In this document: positions 1 to 7,172 of the stretch, in pieces
Position numbering within the stretch: the first letter of the stretch is position 1
Layout of the letters: each line of letters opens with the position of its first letter
Virus record (IMG/VR): IMGVR_UViG_2728369187_000007
Coordinates: 1 to 20,139 of that record
Origin: a virus
Taxonomy: Duplodnaviria > Heunggongvirae > Uroviricota > Caudoviricetes
DNA: 20,139 bases
Direction: 5' to 3' (one strand)
Notes under the pieces: generated by a model
The model's input: the letters and a program-made list of their open reading frames with translations, nothing else
What the model was told of the DNA's origin: nothing
Database searches by the model: none
Program-made: the position numbers and the translations under genes

Positions 1-1
1 A

Positions 2-1282
2 TTAATTTTTCATTGCTTCGTTATGGGGCATGGTTGGGGCAAACTCGCTTAACTGTGTATTTAACAAAGCTACCTGTGCATTATTGTTTTCAGACATCCA
101 TTTTCCGTATACCTGAAATACCATTTGCGCATCTGCATGGCCCATCTGGTTTGCTATAAATGCCGGGTTAGCACCAGCTGTCAGCGACCAGCAGGCATAA
201 GTATGTCTCGACTGATATGATTTTCGATGGCGGAGTCCGGCACGTTTTATCGCTGCGTCCCACATCTGCCTTATTGAGTCAACGGTAAAATGGTCACCAT
301 AATTTTTTACTCTCGCTGACACTTCAGGTTGAAAAACAAAGGTGCATTTATGTTTTTCTGTTCTGCCATACTCTCTGAGGTGAACATCAATGATATGCTC
401 TTTGCTCAGTCTCGTTAATGTCATCTGACTCCGGAGAGCGTCGATTGCTGGCTTAATAAGATGAATGACCCGATTGGTTCCCGCCTGTGTTTTTGGTACC
501 GTGAAACGGTCTTTTGCTAAATTTCTCCTGATCATCATTGTTCCATTTTTCAGATCTATGTCCTCCCATCCAAGTGCACACAGCTCACCAGGGCGAACGC
601 CAGTATAAACAGAAACACACCATAAATTTTTGGCTTGCTGATTTCTGCACGCATCGATAAGACGGATGAATTCCTCCCGCGAAAGAGGATCCGGAATGGT
701 TCTTGATTCCTTTAATGGCGAGATCCCCTTAAACGGGTTATCTGCCAGGTAACCGTTATCAACACCAAACTGGAACACGGCGTTAAGATTTGTCATGTAA
801 TTATTTACAGTTACAGCCGATCTCCCTGGTTGTGTAACAATATAGTTACTTTTGGGGCTCTGGTATCCAGTCAGTAGCTCTTTACGAACCTCCAGTAATT
901 TTTCTTTATTAATCGATGAGGCAAGATTTTTTTCACCGATTATGCTCAGGATATTTTTGATGACGGCACGGTATGTGTTGAGTGATGTTTTTGCGACTTC
1001 AGTTTCTTTCAGTGCCAGAAATTTTTCAGCCAGTTCTTTTATGGTTAAATCTTGTCGGGTCTCACCAAATTTTTCCAGATTGCGTGAGGAGGGAAACTGT
1101 TTTGCATAGTCGAAAACACCAGTTTTTATTGCGTAACAAACAGAGGCGCGTAGCTCACCTGCAACGCGCCTGTTTTTTGCTGTGTCAGGAACCCCCAGGT
1201 TTTCCCTGACTCTTACGCCTTTATAAACAAACCAGATACGTAATTTCCCTCCATGGTTTTCCACGCCTGTCGGATATTTCAT
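2..1282 (-). CDS. int: Tyrosine recombinase (phage integrase)
   Basis: C-terminal catalytic signature (SRHTYACW box II, then the tyrosine in VFQVYGKW). Last gene of the leftward operon. Start chosen at the Met at 1282 (MKYPTG...), which has an upstream GAGAAG; the ORF-track start at 1297 has no RBS. Confidence 0.85.
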   Translation of the reverse strand: MKYPTGVENHGGKLRIWFVYKGVRVRENLGVPDTAKNRRVAGELRASVCYAIKTGVFDYAKQFPSSRNLEKFGETRQDLTIKELAEKFLALKETEVAKTSLNTYRAVIKNILSIIGEKNLASSINKEKLLEVRKELLTGYQSPKSNYIVTQPGRSAVTVNNYMTNLNAVFQFGVDNGYLADNPFKGISPLKESRTIPDPLSREEFIRLIDACRNQQAKNLWCVSVYTGVRPGELCALGWEDIDLKNGTMMIRRNLAKDRFTVPKTQAGTNRVIHLIKPAIDALRSQMTLTRLSKEHIIDVHLREYGRTEKHKCTFVFQPEVSARVKNYGDHFTVDSIRQMWDAAIKRAGLRHRKSYQSRHTYACWSLTAGANPAFIANQMGHADAQMVFQVYGKWMSENNNAQVALLNTQLSEFAPTMPHNEAMKN

Positions 1283-1316
1283 TTCAACTTCTCTCATTAG
1301 TTAGTGTGGCTTTTAG

Positions 1317-1568
1317 TCAAGTAAGATGACGTCTTGGTCTTGCTGATGCCTGGCGCTCAATCCAGCGATCAATTTCTTCCAGGTTGTAAAAGCATGGACT
1401 GTTATCCCATGGCATACCGTCATGAGCGACATGCTTATATTCCCTTCCTTCCATAAACGATTTTTCCCGGGCCTTTTTTAACGTACCTTTTTTTATTCCT
1501 TTCAGCGCAATTAACTGCTCTTCGGATACCCATTTGCCGGGAGAGACAATCATGATTACTTCGCTCAT
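1317..1568 (-). CDS. xis: Excisionase-like small DNA-binding protein
   Basis: 83-aa basic protein immediately upstream of int on the same strand; size and position typical of a prophage excisionase. Family not verified. Confidence 0.55.
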   Translation of the reverse strand: MSEVIMIVSPGKWVSEEQLIALKGIKKGTLKKAREKSFMEGREYKHVAHDGMPWDNSPCFYNLEEIDRWIERQASARPRRHLT

Positions 1569-1640
1569 CGATTTCTTTATCTCTTACATCAGACGAGCGC
1601 CGGTTGCAGAATACCAGTCACAACCGGCGACAGTTGAACA

Positions 1641-4112
1641 TTAAGAATCAGCCTGACTCGGGATCAGTTTTTGCCAGATAACTGAAACGTATTTTGCTTG
1701 GTAACGGGCGTCATCAAGTGCATTATGGCGCTCACCTTCGAATGGAATAGCCGTTCTGGCATCGAAATCTATGGCTTTCCCCAGCTCAACGATTGTGCGT
1801 ACATCGCGATCGTTGTAGTAACGCCACGGGCAGGGGATCCCCTGCCGTTCGTATGAACGGCGCAAAATCGTGTTGTCGAAGTTGGCTCCATTTCCCCAAA
1901 CCTGAACAAAAAATTCACCGGAGTTTTCGTCGATAAATTCCCGCAATTGTAACAGTGCATCATCTAACGGGATTTCATCGGTCATAATGGCAGATTGTGC
2001 TTCGCGTGATTGCTTAAGCCACCATTTAATGGTGTCCCGATCAATGACTCCGCCAGCAGTTTCCAGATCGATAGTCTTACTAAATTCCGGTCCTATATCT
2101 CCGGTTTGCGGATCGAAAAATATTGCACCTATTGAGATGATCGGTGCATCAGGATTTTTTCCCATGGTTTCAAGGTCGATCATTAGATGGTCACACGTCC
2201 TGCTGGTGGATGTGATTTCGTGATGACCGTTCACCTTAATTGAGTGATCTGCCGTCTCGCCAGTTTCATTATCGCTATTGTGATGCTGATTGCCGCCAGT
2301 GTTCTCCTTGTGTGGATGTTCAGCGCCTTCCATTTCCTCCGGATCATCTTCCTGAACTTCAACCTGATACTCTTCATCGAATGTTTCTTGGTATGTTGCG
2401 TCGCCCATCACCGCGCCACAATCAGGGCAGTTGCCGCCGCCGGTCTGACCGCAGGCGGTGCAGACTTTTTCCACTTCCTGTTGCGCCACTGGTTCAGGCT
2501 GTTTCGTTTCTGGCTCGTTTTGTAACGCATTTGGGCTGTTTTGTTCCGCTTTTTGGTAGTTCCGTTCCGATTCATGCTGGTTCTGGTTCACAGAATCGCG
2601 GGTCTGGATCCCCTTAACCCATTTCGGATCATTCGGGTCACTAATCCCTTCAACAAATTCACCATGTGATGCAGCAAGCAACTTATCGGCGTCAGGCTGG
2701 CTGATATTGGCTGCCTGCATAATTTTGTTTACTTCGTCAGCGGTAACTTTTATCGGCTCTGGTTGTTCTGAATCTTCAGCGGTATCTACATTTTGCGGTA
2801 AGCCCGTGTATGTGCCATTTTTTCGGGCAAAATATTCTTCTTTTGTGATTTCAGTGGCGCCAGCAGCCAGTGCCTTATCCAGACCAGAAAGTTTGTTTGC
2901 GCGACCGTATTTTTCTCCGTCCTTATCTGCGAAGAGGAAATAGAACGGCCCCTCACGCTCTACAGATGGTTCAGCTTCCGGCGCGGTTTCATTTTTTGGG
3001 ATATCAGATACCTCAGTTTCCACTGCATCAGTTTGTGTTTCTGATGACTGGAGAACATCAACAGTGCCCAGGTCTGTTTCTTCATTCTCAAACACGCCCT
3101 TTGTCGTCAGGTATTCGCAGATATATTTGTTCAGTGCTACGGGATCTTTGTGAATGTCGATCGGACGCTCACGGACAAGGCCAAAAATAGTTTGGCGGTC
3201 GTAGCGAAGGGCATCAGGCTGTTTGCGCATTGATGCCGAGATACGCTTCCAGTCTTCGCGGTCGTTGTCGATAACTTCTTTTTTTGCCCAGCGATGGATG
3301 CTGCCGTCAATGTTTCCGGCATCCACATCACCAGGCCAGAGAGCGTAGGCCAGTTCGTCATCCAGTGTTTTCCATGTCTGCTTGTATTCGCGATGAATGG
3401 CAGCAATGACCGGGCTGATTTTTCCTGTTGAATTTTCAGTGTACTGTTGATTGGCTCTGGCGCGGGCGAGATCAACAACAGACGTGTATTTTCCGGTTTC
3501 CTTGCGTTCACCTTCGCGACGTTTTTTCCAGATGCGCATCTCTGCCTGAATTTCGGGCCATTTAGCACCAGGAATACATTTATGCTTAACCCACCCAATG
3601 GCGTGCAACTTAAGCTCCGGATACATGGCGTTAACTTCTGGCATTTTCATCAACGCTTCAACGATATGTCCGTCGAATGTTGCCATGTCTTCCTGCAACA
3701 ATTCCTGTGCGCTAATAACCATATCAACGGTGATGTTTTCACATGTGTCGAACTTAACCATGACAGCGTTCTGTACTTCAGGGGCCAGCTTGTCAAAAGT
3801 GACGTTCATCGGATCGGATTCAGTCTCAACCGGGACAAAAGAAGCAGACTCCTCATCCCAGCGGTTTTCCTGCATATATTCAGCATCCCATGAATCGAGG
3901 GCAGGGCGGGGTATGCCAGGTTTATCCTCGCAGACAATAAATTTATAAGCGCAGTCCTGAGCAGCCGGATAATGTTCCAGGAACTGCCAGTGAAATTTTG
4001 CTCGAGCACGGCGTTCGTCGCCAGCTTCAATGGCTGTGGCTACAGCCACAGCGCCTTCTTCCCTTGTTGCCAGTTCGTCAGGAATAGCGGCGCAAATAAA
4101 GACTTTACTCAT
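1641..4112 (-). CDS. RecE-like exonuclease (exodeoxyribonuclease VIII-like) with C-terminal DEDD-type 3'-5' exonuclease domain
   Basis: 823-aa ORF. C-terminal LMIDLETMG matches the Exo I motif (D-x-E-T-x-G) of DnaQ-like exonucleases. Acidic low-complexity linker in the middle. Sits where lambda has exo. Confidence 0.7.
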   Translation of the reverse strand: MSKVFICAAIPDELATREEGAVAVATAIEAGDERRARAKFHWQFLEHYPAAQDCAYKFIVCEDKPGIPRPALDSWDAEYMQENRWDEESASFVPVETESDPMNVTFDKLAPEVQNAVMVKFDTCENITVDMVISAQELLQEDMATFDGHIVEALMKMPEVNAMYPELKLHAIGWVKHKCIPGAKWPEIQAEMRIWKKRREGERKETGKYTSVVDLARARANQQYTENSTGKISPVIAAIHREYKQTWKTLDDELAYALWPGDVDAGNIDGSIHRWAKKEVIDNDREDWKRISASMRKQPDALRYDRQTIFGLVRERPIDIHKDPVALNKYICEYLTTKGVFENEETDLGTVDVLQSSETQTDAVETEVSDIPKNETAPEAEPSVEREGPFYFLFADKDGEKYGRANKLSGLDKALAAGATEITKEEYFARKNGTYTGLPQNVDTAEDSEQPEPIKVTADEVNKIMQAANISQPDADKLLAASHGEFVEGISDPNDPKWVKGIQTRDSVNQNQHESERNYQKAEQNSPNALQNEPETKQPEPVAQQEVEKVCTACGQTGGGNCPDCGAVMGDATYQETFDEEYQVEVQEDDPEEMEGAEHPHKENTGGNQHHNSDNETGETADHSIKVNGHHEITSTSRTCDHLMIDLETMGKNPDAPIISIGAIFFDPQTGDIGPEFSKTIDLETAGGVIDRDTIKWWLKQSREAQSAIMTDEIPLDDALLQLREFIDENSGEFFVQVWGNGANFDNTILRRSYERQGIPCPWRYYNDRDVRTIVELGKAIDFDARTAIPFEGERHNALDDARYQAKYVSVIWQKLIPSQADS

Positions 4113-4205
4113 TTTGTTTTAACCTCATGACAGATTTAAGGATGAACAAATCCCTGCCATTGCTGGCATATAAGAATGAAACCGGATATTTATTACGGAA
4201 CTGTT

Positions 4206-4397
4206 TTAAAGACCTGCCGGGATTTCGATATTATCCTGGTGAATAACTTTATCGACCGGGTAACAGTTACCGGGAATTTTCTGTTCGGTTGCTGCAGTCA
4301 TACACTCCTGCATTGTCCTGTTAACACTGTCTGCAATATCAACTGGCTCTCCGGAAACAAGAAAAACTGTCAGAACAAGCGCAAATGCTGAATTCAT
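4206..4397 (-). CDS. ydfD: YdfD-like small lysis protein
   Basis: 63-aa product from the internal Met (MNSAFALVLTVFLVSG...), hydrophobic N-terminus. Its ATG overlaps the dicB stop (ATGA). Matches the Qin dicB-ydfD order and length as I recall them. Confidence 0.6.
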   Translation of the reverse strand: MNSAFALVLTVFLVSGEPVDIADSVNRTMQECMTAATEQKIPGNCYPVDKVIHQDNIEIPAGL

Positions 4398-4582
4398 TGT
4401 GTACATCCTTTTGGCATCAGACGTAAACGAGCCAGCATTGAAACAATGCATATTTTATTTAATAGCTCCCGTTCTTGTTTTCTCTTGTTAATGGCATCTT
4501 CAGTAAATACAGGGTTACTGATAGTGACACCAATTTCAAAACAACCTTCAGACGTATTAACGTTTGGTAATAACGTTTTCAT
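4394..4582 (-). CDS. dicB: DicB cell-division inhibitor
   Basis: 62-aa product from the internal Met (MKTLLPNVNTSEGCFEIGV...LMPKGCTQ), matching DicB as recalled. Lies just downstream of DicF on the same strand, as in Qin. Confidence 0.75.
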   Translation of the reverse strand: MKTLLPNVNTSEGCFEIGVTISNPVFTEDAINKRKQERELLNKICIVSMLARLRLMPKGCTQ

Positions 4583-4751
4583 TATCGCGTCCTCAACAAT
4601 GAATTTTGTGATGCAGTGCCTGGTGCCTCCAGGTGACGTTAACCAGTTAACAATTAACGCCGGATACAGAGAATCCACCCATAACACTGTTTTTGGTTTT
4701 AACTGTTCCGCGTGCGCTTAGCCGCATTCACCGCATCACAAAATTCACTTT

Positions 4752-4809
4752 AAAAATGGCGGCAGAGCAGTCACGGAGTAAAACTGATACCGCCAAACGT
4801 CACCAGAAA
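4752..4809 (-). ncRNA. dicF: DicF small regulatory RNA (ftsZ-targeting sRNA of Qin-type prophages)
   Basis: Reverse complement reads UUUCUGGUGACGUUUGGCGGUAUCAGUUUUACUCCGUGACUGCUCUGCCGCCAUUUUU, near-identical to the DicF sequence as I recall it. Ends in a GC stem plus U-run; located between the leader and dicB. Confidence 0.75.
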
Positions 4810-5084
4810 ATTGATAACAGAGGGCGTTGCAGCGGGGTTGTCACTTAAGCGTATGGTCAACCTGACAACTCGGTGTCCTCAACGGGGAAGGAATAACCCC
4901 GCCATACTTACCGCCGCGCCATTTCGCGGGTTGCCACAACCGGAAGCGCACGGTCGAATTAAATTTAACGACACCGTACAGTGAGACGAACTTCGCCGTG
5001 CGCTTTCGTGTTGTGTGCCTGCTTTTAACCACGTCAGGCGAGGTGGTATCCTTCTTATCCCGAATAACCAAGAAGGAAATCTAT

Positions 5085-5285
5085 ATGACTAAAGAAGAAT
5101 TTGTCTCTTATATTTTTGATAAAACGGTTGAAATGTATGCCGCTACTTACGGGTCCTGTAATCCTCTGAATAAACCAGAGGGGAAAGATGATTTCGACAA
5201 AATTTACCGCTTCTTGGAGGACCGCTATATCAAAAGGTTAGAGGACGCAGGGATCAAATCCCCAGTGAAGTCACCATTGTCCTGA
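5085..5285 (+). CDS. Hypothetical 66-aa protein (moron-like, opposite strand to the early operon)
   Basis: ATG at 5085 preceded by GAAGGA; possible promoter TTTAAC-17-TATCCT upstream. AT-rich. Converges on and overlaps the 3' end of the 5254..5631 gene by 32 bp. Confidence 0.4.
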   Translation: MTKEEFVSYIFDKTVEMYAATYGSCNPLNKPEGKDDFDKIYRFLEDRYIKRLEDAGIKSPVKSPLS

Positions 5286-5631
5286 GAACTTGCAGGACGT
5301 CATGATCGTAACTTCCATCCAAACCGCGACGGCAAATTGCTTCTCGTATTACCGGAAGCAGTTCGCTGGAAATCTCGGTGCATATTTCACCTGATAATAC
5401 GCCTGGCTCAAGTGAGAATATTGGTGAACTTACGGTCTTGGTCTCGACAGTTTCAGAGTCAGTGCCAACATTATAAAGCTCAACGAAAGCGGTCTTGATT
5501 TTCCGGGCCAGATCTTTTGCTGGCTCGCTTGCAATATCTTTCCCGATTTCTCGCAGCACAGAATGCAATGTATGAGCTGCTGTTTTCTGTACATCAGACG
5601 GTAAATCTTTAAATTCCATCGTCAGCCTCAT
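5254..5631 (-). CDS. Hypothetical acidic protein (125 aa) of the early leftward operon
   Basis: ATG overlaps the stop of the upstream gene (ATGA coupling); an alternative start at 5619 has a GAGG RBS. No motif recognised. Confidence 0.5.
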   Translation of the reverse strand: MRLTMEFKDLPSDVQKTAAHTLHSVLREIGKDIASEPAKDLARKIKTAFVELYNVGTDSETVETKTVSSPIFSLEPGVLSGEICTEISSELLPVIREAICRRGLDGSYDHDVLQVLRTMVTSLGI

Positions 5632-5783
5632 CAGTCAGTGTTTCTGGCTAACCAGCAACGCGCGCCAGATTCGGTTTTAAACGTTTTGCTTTTGGTATAC
5701 GTCATCGCGGTGAACGTGCCGTCCTGGTTGGGGAACACGCCACATACCAGAGATTCGCTGTTGCCAAGATCGATAGTATCCAT
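5631..5783 (-). CDS. Small protein (50 aa), YdfA-like by position (first gene of the DicA-repressed operon)
   Basis: Start at the internal Met (MDTIDLGNSE...) with a GAGG RBS 5 nt upstream. Lies immediately downstream of the pL-like promoter and operators. Confidence 0.5.
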   Translation of the reverse strand: MDTIDLGNSESLVCGVFPNQDGTFTAMTYTKSKTFKTESGARCWLARNTD

Positions 5784-5860
5784 GCTGACCTCATTTCCCC
5801 TTAACGCCGGGGTAGCGGAACTGTTTGCTGAGAACACCGTGCGGTGTCTTGATGGAAAGT

Positions 5861-5915
5861 AATTTAGAATAACCTAACATAAGAGGCAAGTGTTTTTTGT
5901 TAGATTAGTCTAACA
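5861..5915 (-). promoter_or_regulatory. Left operator/promoter region (OL/pL-like): two operator palindromes flanking a leftward promoter
   Basis: Perfect 18-bp palindrome TGTTAGA-TTAG-TCTAACA at 5898-5915 and a weaker site TTTAGA-ATAA-CCTAACA at 5863-5879. Minus-strand promoter candidate: -35 TTGCCT (5884-5889), 17-bp spacer, -10 TAAATT (5861-5866). Confidence 0.55.
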
Positions 5916-5951
5916 AAAAGAGTGGGCGCAACTAATCACTTGAAAAGAATG

Positions 5952-6359
5952 TTATTTTATTGATTTATTTTTACGCGCTTTAAGCATTTCTTCGAAGAGT
6001 TTGTTGAAGTTTTCTACTCTTGCGCGCATTTCAGACAGCAAGGCTTCCTGCTCGGAAGATGGAAGAGCATCGAATAATTCGATCAATTCTTTGTGGTTGG
6101 GAGTTAGCTCTGTTTCCACATGAAGTTCTTGTGCCGGCACTGGTGCCTTGTCTTCGTCACCAAACATTAGCCATGTAGGTGAGCACTTCAGAGCATCCGC
6201 TAAAGCAAACAATCGTTTTCCGACTGGCTGGGTTTCGTCTCTTTCCCATTGTGAAATTGTGACGTGAGCAACCCCAGCGAGGCGCGCAGCTTCTCGTTGT
6301 GTTAAGCGTAATTCTTTTCGTCGCGCCAGAACTCGCTGGCCTAGGGTTCTTGTATCCAT
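5952..6359 (-). CDS. dicA: DicA-like HTH (XRE-family) prophage repressor
   Basis: N-terminal HTH (LTQREAARLAGVAHVTISQWE). C-terminal half (CSPTWLMFGDEDK...EMRARVENFNKLFEEMLKAR) closely matches DicA as recalled. Divergent from the cro-like gene. Confidence 0.8.
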   Translation of the reverse strand: MDTRTLGQRVLARRKELRLTQREAARLAGVAHVTISQWERDETQPVGKRLFALADALKCSPTWLMFGDEDKAPVPAQELHVETELTPNHKELIELFDALPSSEQEALLSEMRARVENFNKLFEEMLKARKNKSIK

Positions 6360-6360
6360 A

Positions 6361-6426
6361 GTTAGGTAATTCTAATTTTTCTTGACTTAGGTATCCCGCG
6401 CACAATAATGTTAGAAAAGTCTAACA
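6361..6426 (+). promoter_or_regulatory. Right operator/promoter region (OR/pR-like) between repressor and cro-like gene
   Basis: Perfect 18-bp palindrome TGTTAGA-AAAG-TCTAACA at 6409-6426 and a weaker site GTTAGG-TAAT-TCTAAT at 6361-6376. Rightward promoter: -35 TTGACT (6382-6387), 16-bp spacer, -10 AATAAT (6404-6409). Confidence 0.6.
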
Positions 6427-6439
6427 ATAGGAGGCTTTG

Positions 6440-6667
6440 ATGCTTAAAGCTGACGCAATTACTTTTTTTGGCAGCAAAACAAAGCTTGCCAATGCCGCAG
6501 GAGTGAGACTGGCAAGTGTTGCTGCTTGGGGGATACTGGTTCCTGAAGGTCGCGCGATGCGTCTACAGGAGGCATCTGGCGGGGAGCTTCAGTATGATCC
6601 CAAAGTTTATGACGAATATCGTAAGACGAAGCGGGCGGGGCGGTTGAACAATGAAAATCACTCCTGA
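6440..6667 (+). CDS. dicC: DicC-like Cro-type regulator
   Basis: 75-aa protein from the ATG at 6440, with AGGAGG 5 nt upstream (the ORF-track start at 6437 is TTG). Divergent from the repressor; sequence resembles DicC/YdaS-type Cro proteins. Confidence 0.7.
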   Translation: MLKADAITFFGSKTKLANAAGVRLASVAAWGILVPEGRAMRLQEASGGELQYDPKVYDEYRKTKRAGRLNNENHS

Positions 6668-7172
6668 ACAGGCTCGTGAGGCTCTGGATGCCTGGATATG
6701 TCGACCAGGAATGACACAGGAGCAGGCGACGATATTAATCACTGAAGCATTCTGGGCTTTGAAAGAGCGCCCGAACATCGATGTTCAGCGTGTCACAGAT
6801 GAAGGTGGCGCGGTTGATCAGCGAGCGCTTGGCGTTAATCGAGTGAAGATATTCGAACGCTGGAAGGCTATCGACACTAGGGATAAGCGTGAAAAGTTCA
6901 CGGCGCTAGTGCCTGCAATTATGGAGGCTATCCGGATTAATGATTTCAGGTTGTATCGTGAAATTAGTGACGGAAAAAGCATCACGTACATGATCGCCGG
7001 GTTAAACAAAGAATATGGCGATGTGGTGGAGTCCGGACTGCTTTTTGCTGATCCTGCCGTAGTGGATCGTGAAACTGACGAACTTATAGAAAAAGCAATT
7101 GCTTTCAAACTTGCGTATCGACTGCAATACCAACAAAAAGCTGGATGGAATTATGAGCCTTCTTTTTGCTGA
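6651..7172 (+). CDS. YdaT/CII-like regulatory protein (putative)
   Basis: 173-aa ORF directly after the cro-like gene, overlapping its end; the position corresponds to cII/YdaT in lambdoid prophages. Assignment is by synteny only. Confidence 0.4.
   Translation: MKITPEQAREALDAWICRPGMTQEQATILITEAFWALKERPNIDVQRVTDEGGAVDQRALGVNRVKIFERWKAIDTRDKREKFTALVPAIMEAIRINDFRLYREISDGKSITYMIAGLNKEYGDVVESGLLFADPAVVDRETDELIEKAIAFKLAYRLQYQQKAGWNYEPSFC

Noticed and set aside
1987-3948. Multiple plus-strand ORFs of 78-153 aa (e.g. 2240..2617, 2870..3190, 3447..3893) and the minus-strand 3137..3598 alternate frame
   Set aside because: All fall inside the 823-aa exonuclease gene on the opposite strand or in another frame; the long ORF with recognisable motifs takes precedence.
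4176-4721. Plus-strand ORFs 4176..4391 and 4446..4721
   Set aside because: Antisense to the dicB and ydfD genes, which have coupled start/stop codons and recognisable products.
4841-5071. 76-aa minus-strand ORF in the leader upstream of DicF
   Set aside because: Starts with TTG and has no RBS; lies in a region better explained as structured non-coding RNA. It could correspond to a small ydfC-like gene, but I cannot support that from sequence.
7099-7152. TTG-initiated N-terminal extension of the O-like gene
   Set aside because: The first in-frame ATG at 7153 gives a typical replisome-organizer N-terminus; the TTG has no RBS and lies inside the upstream gene.
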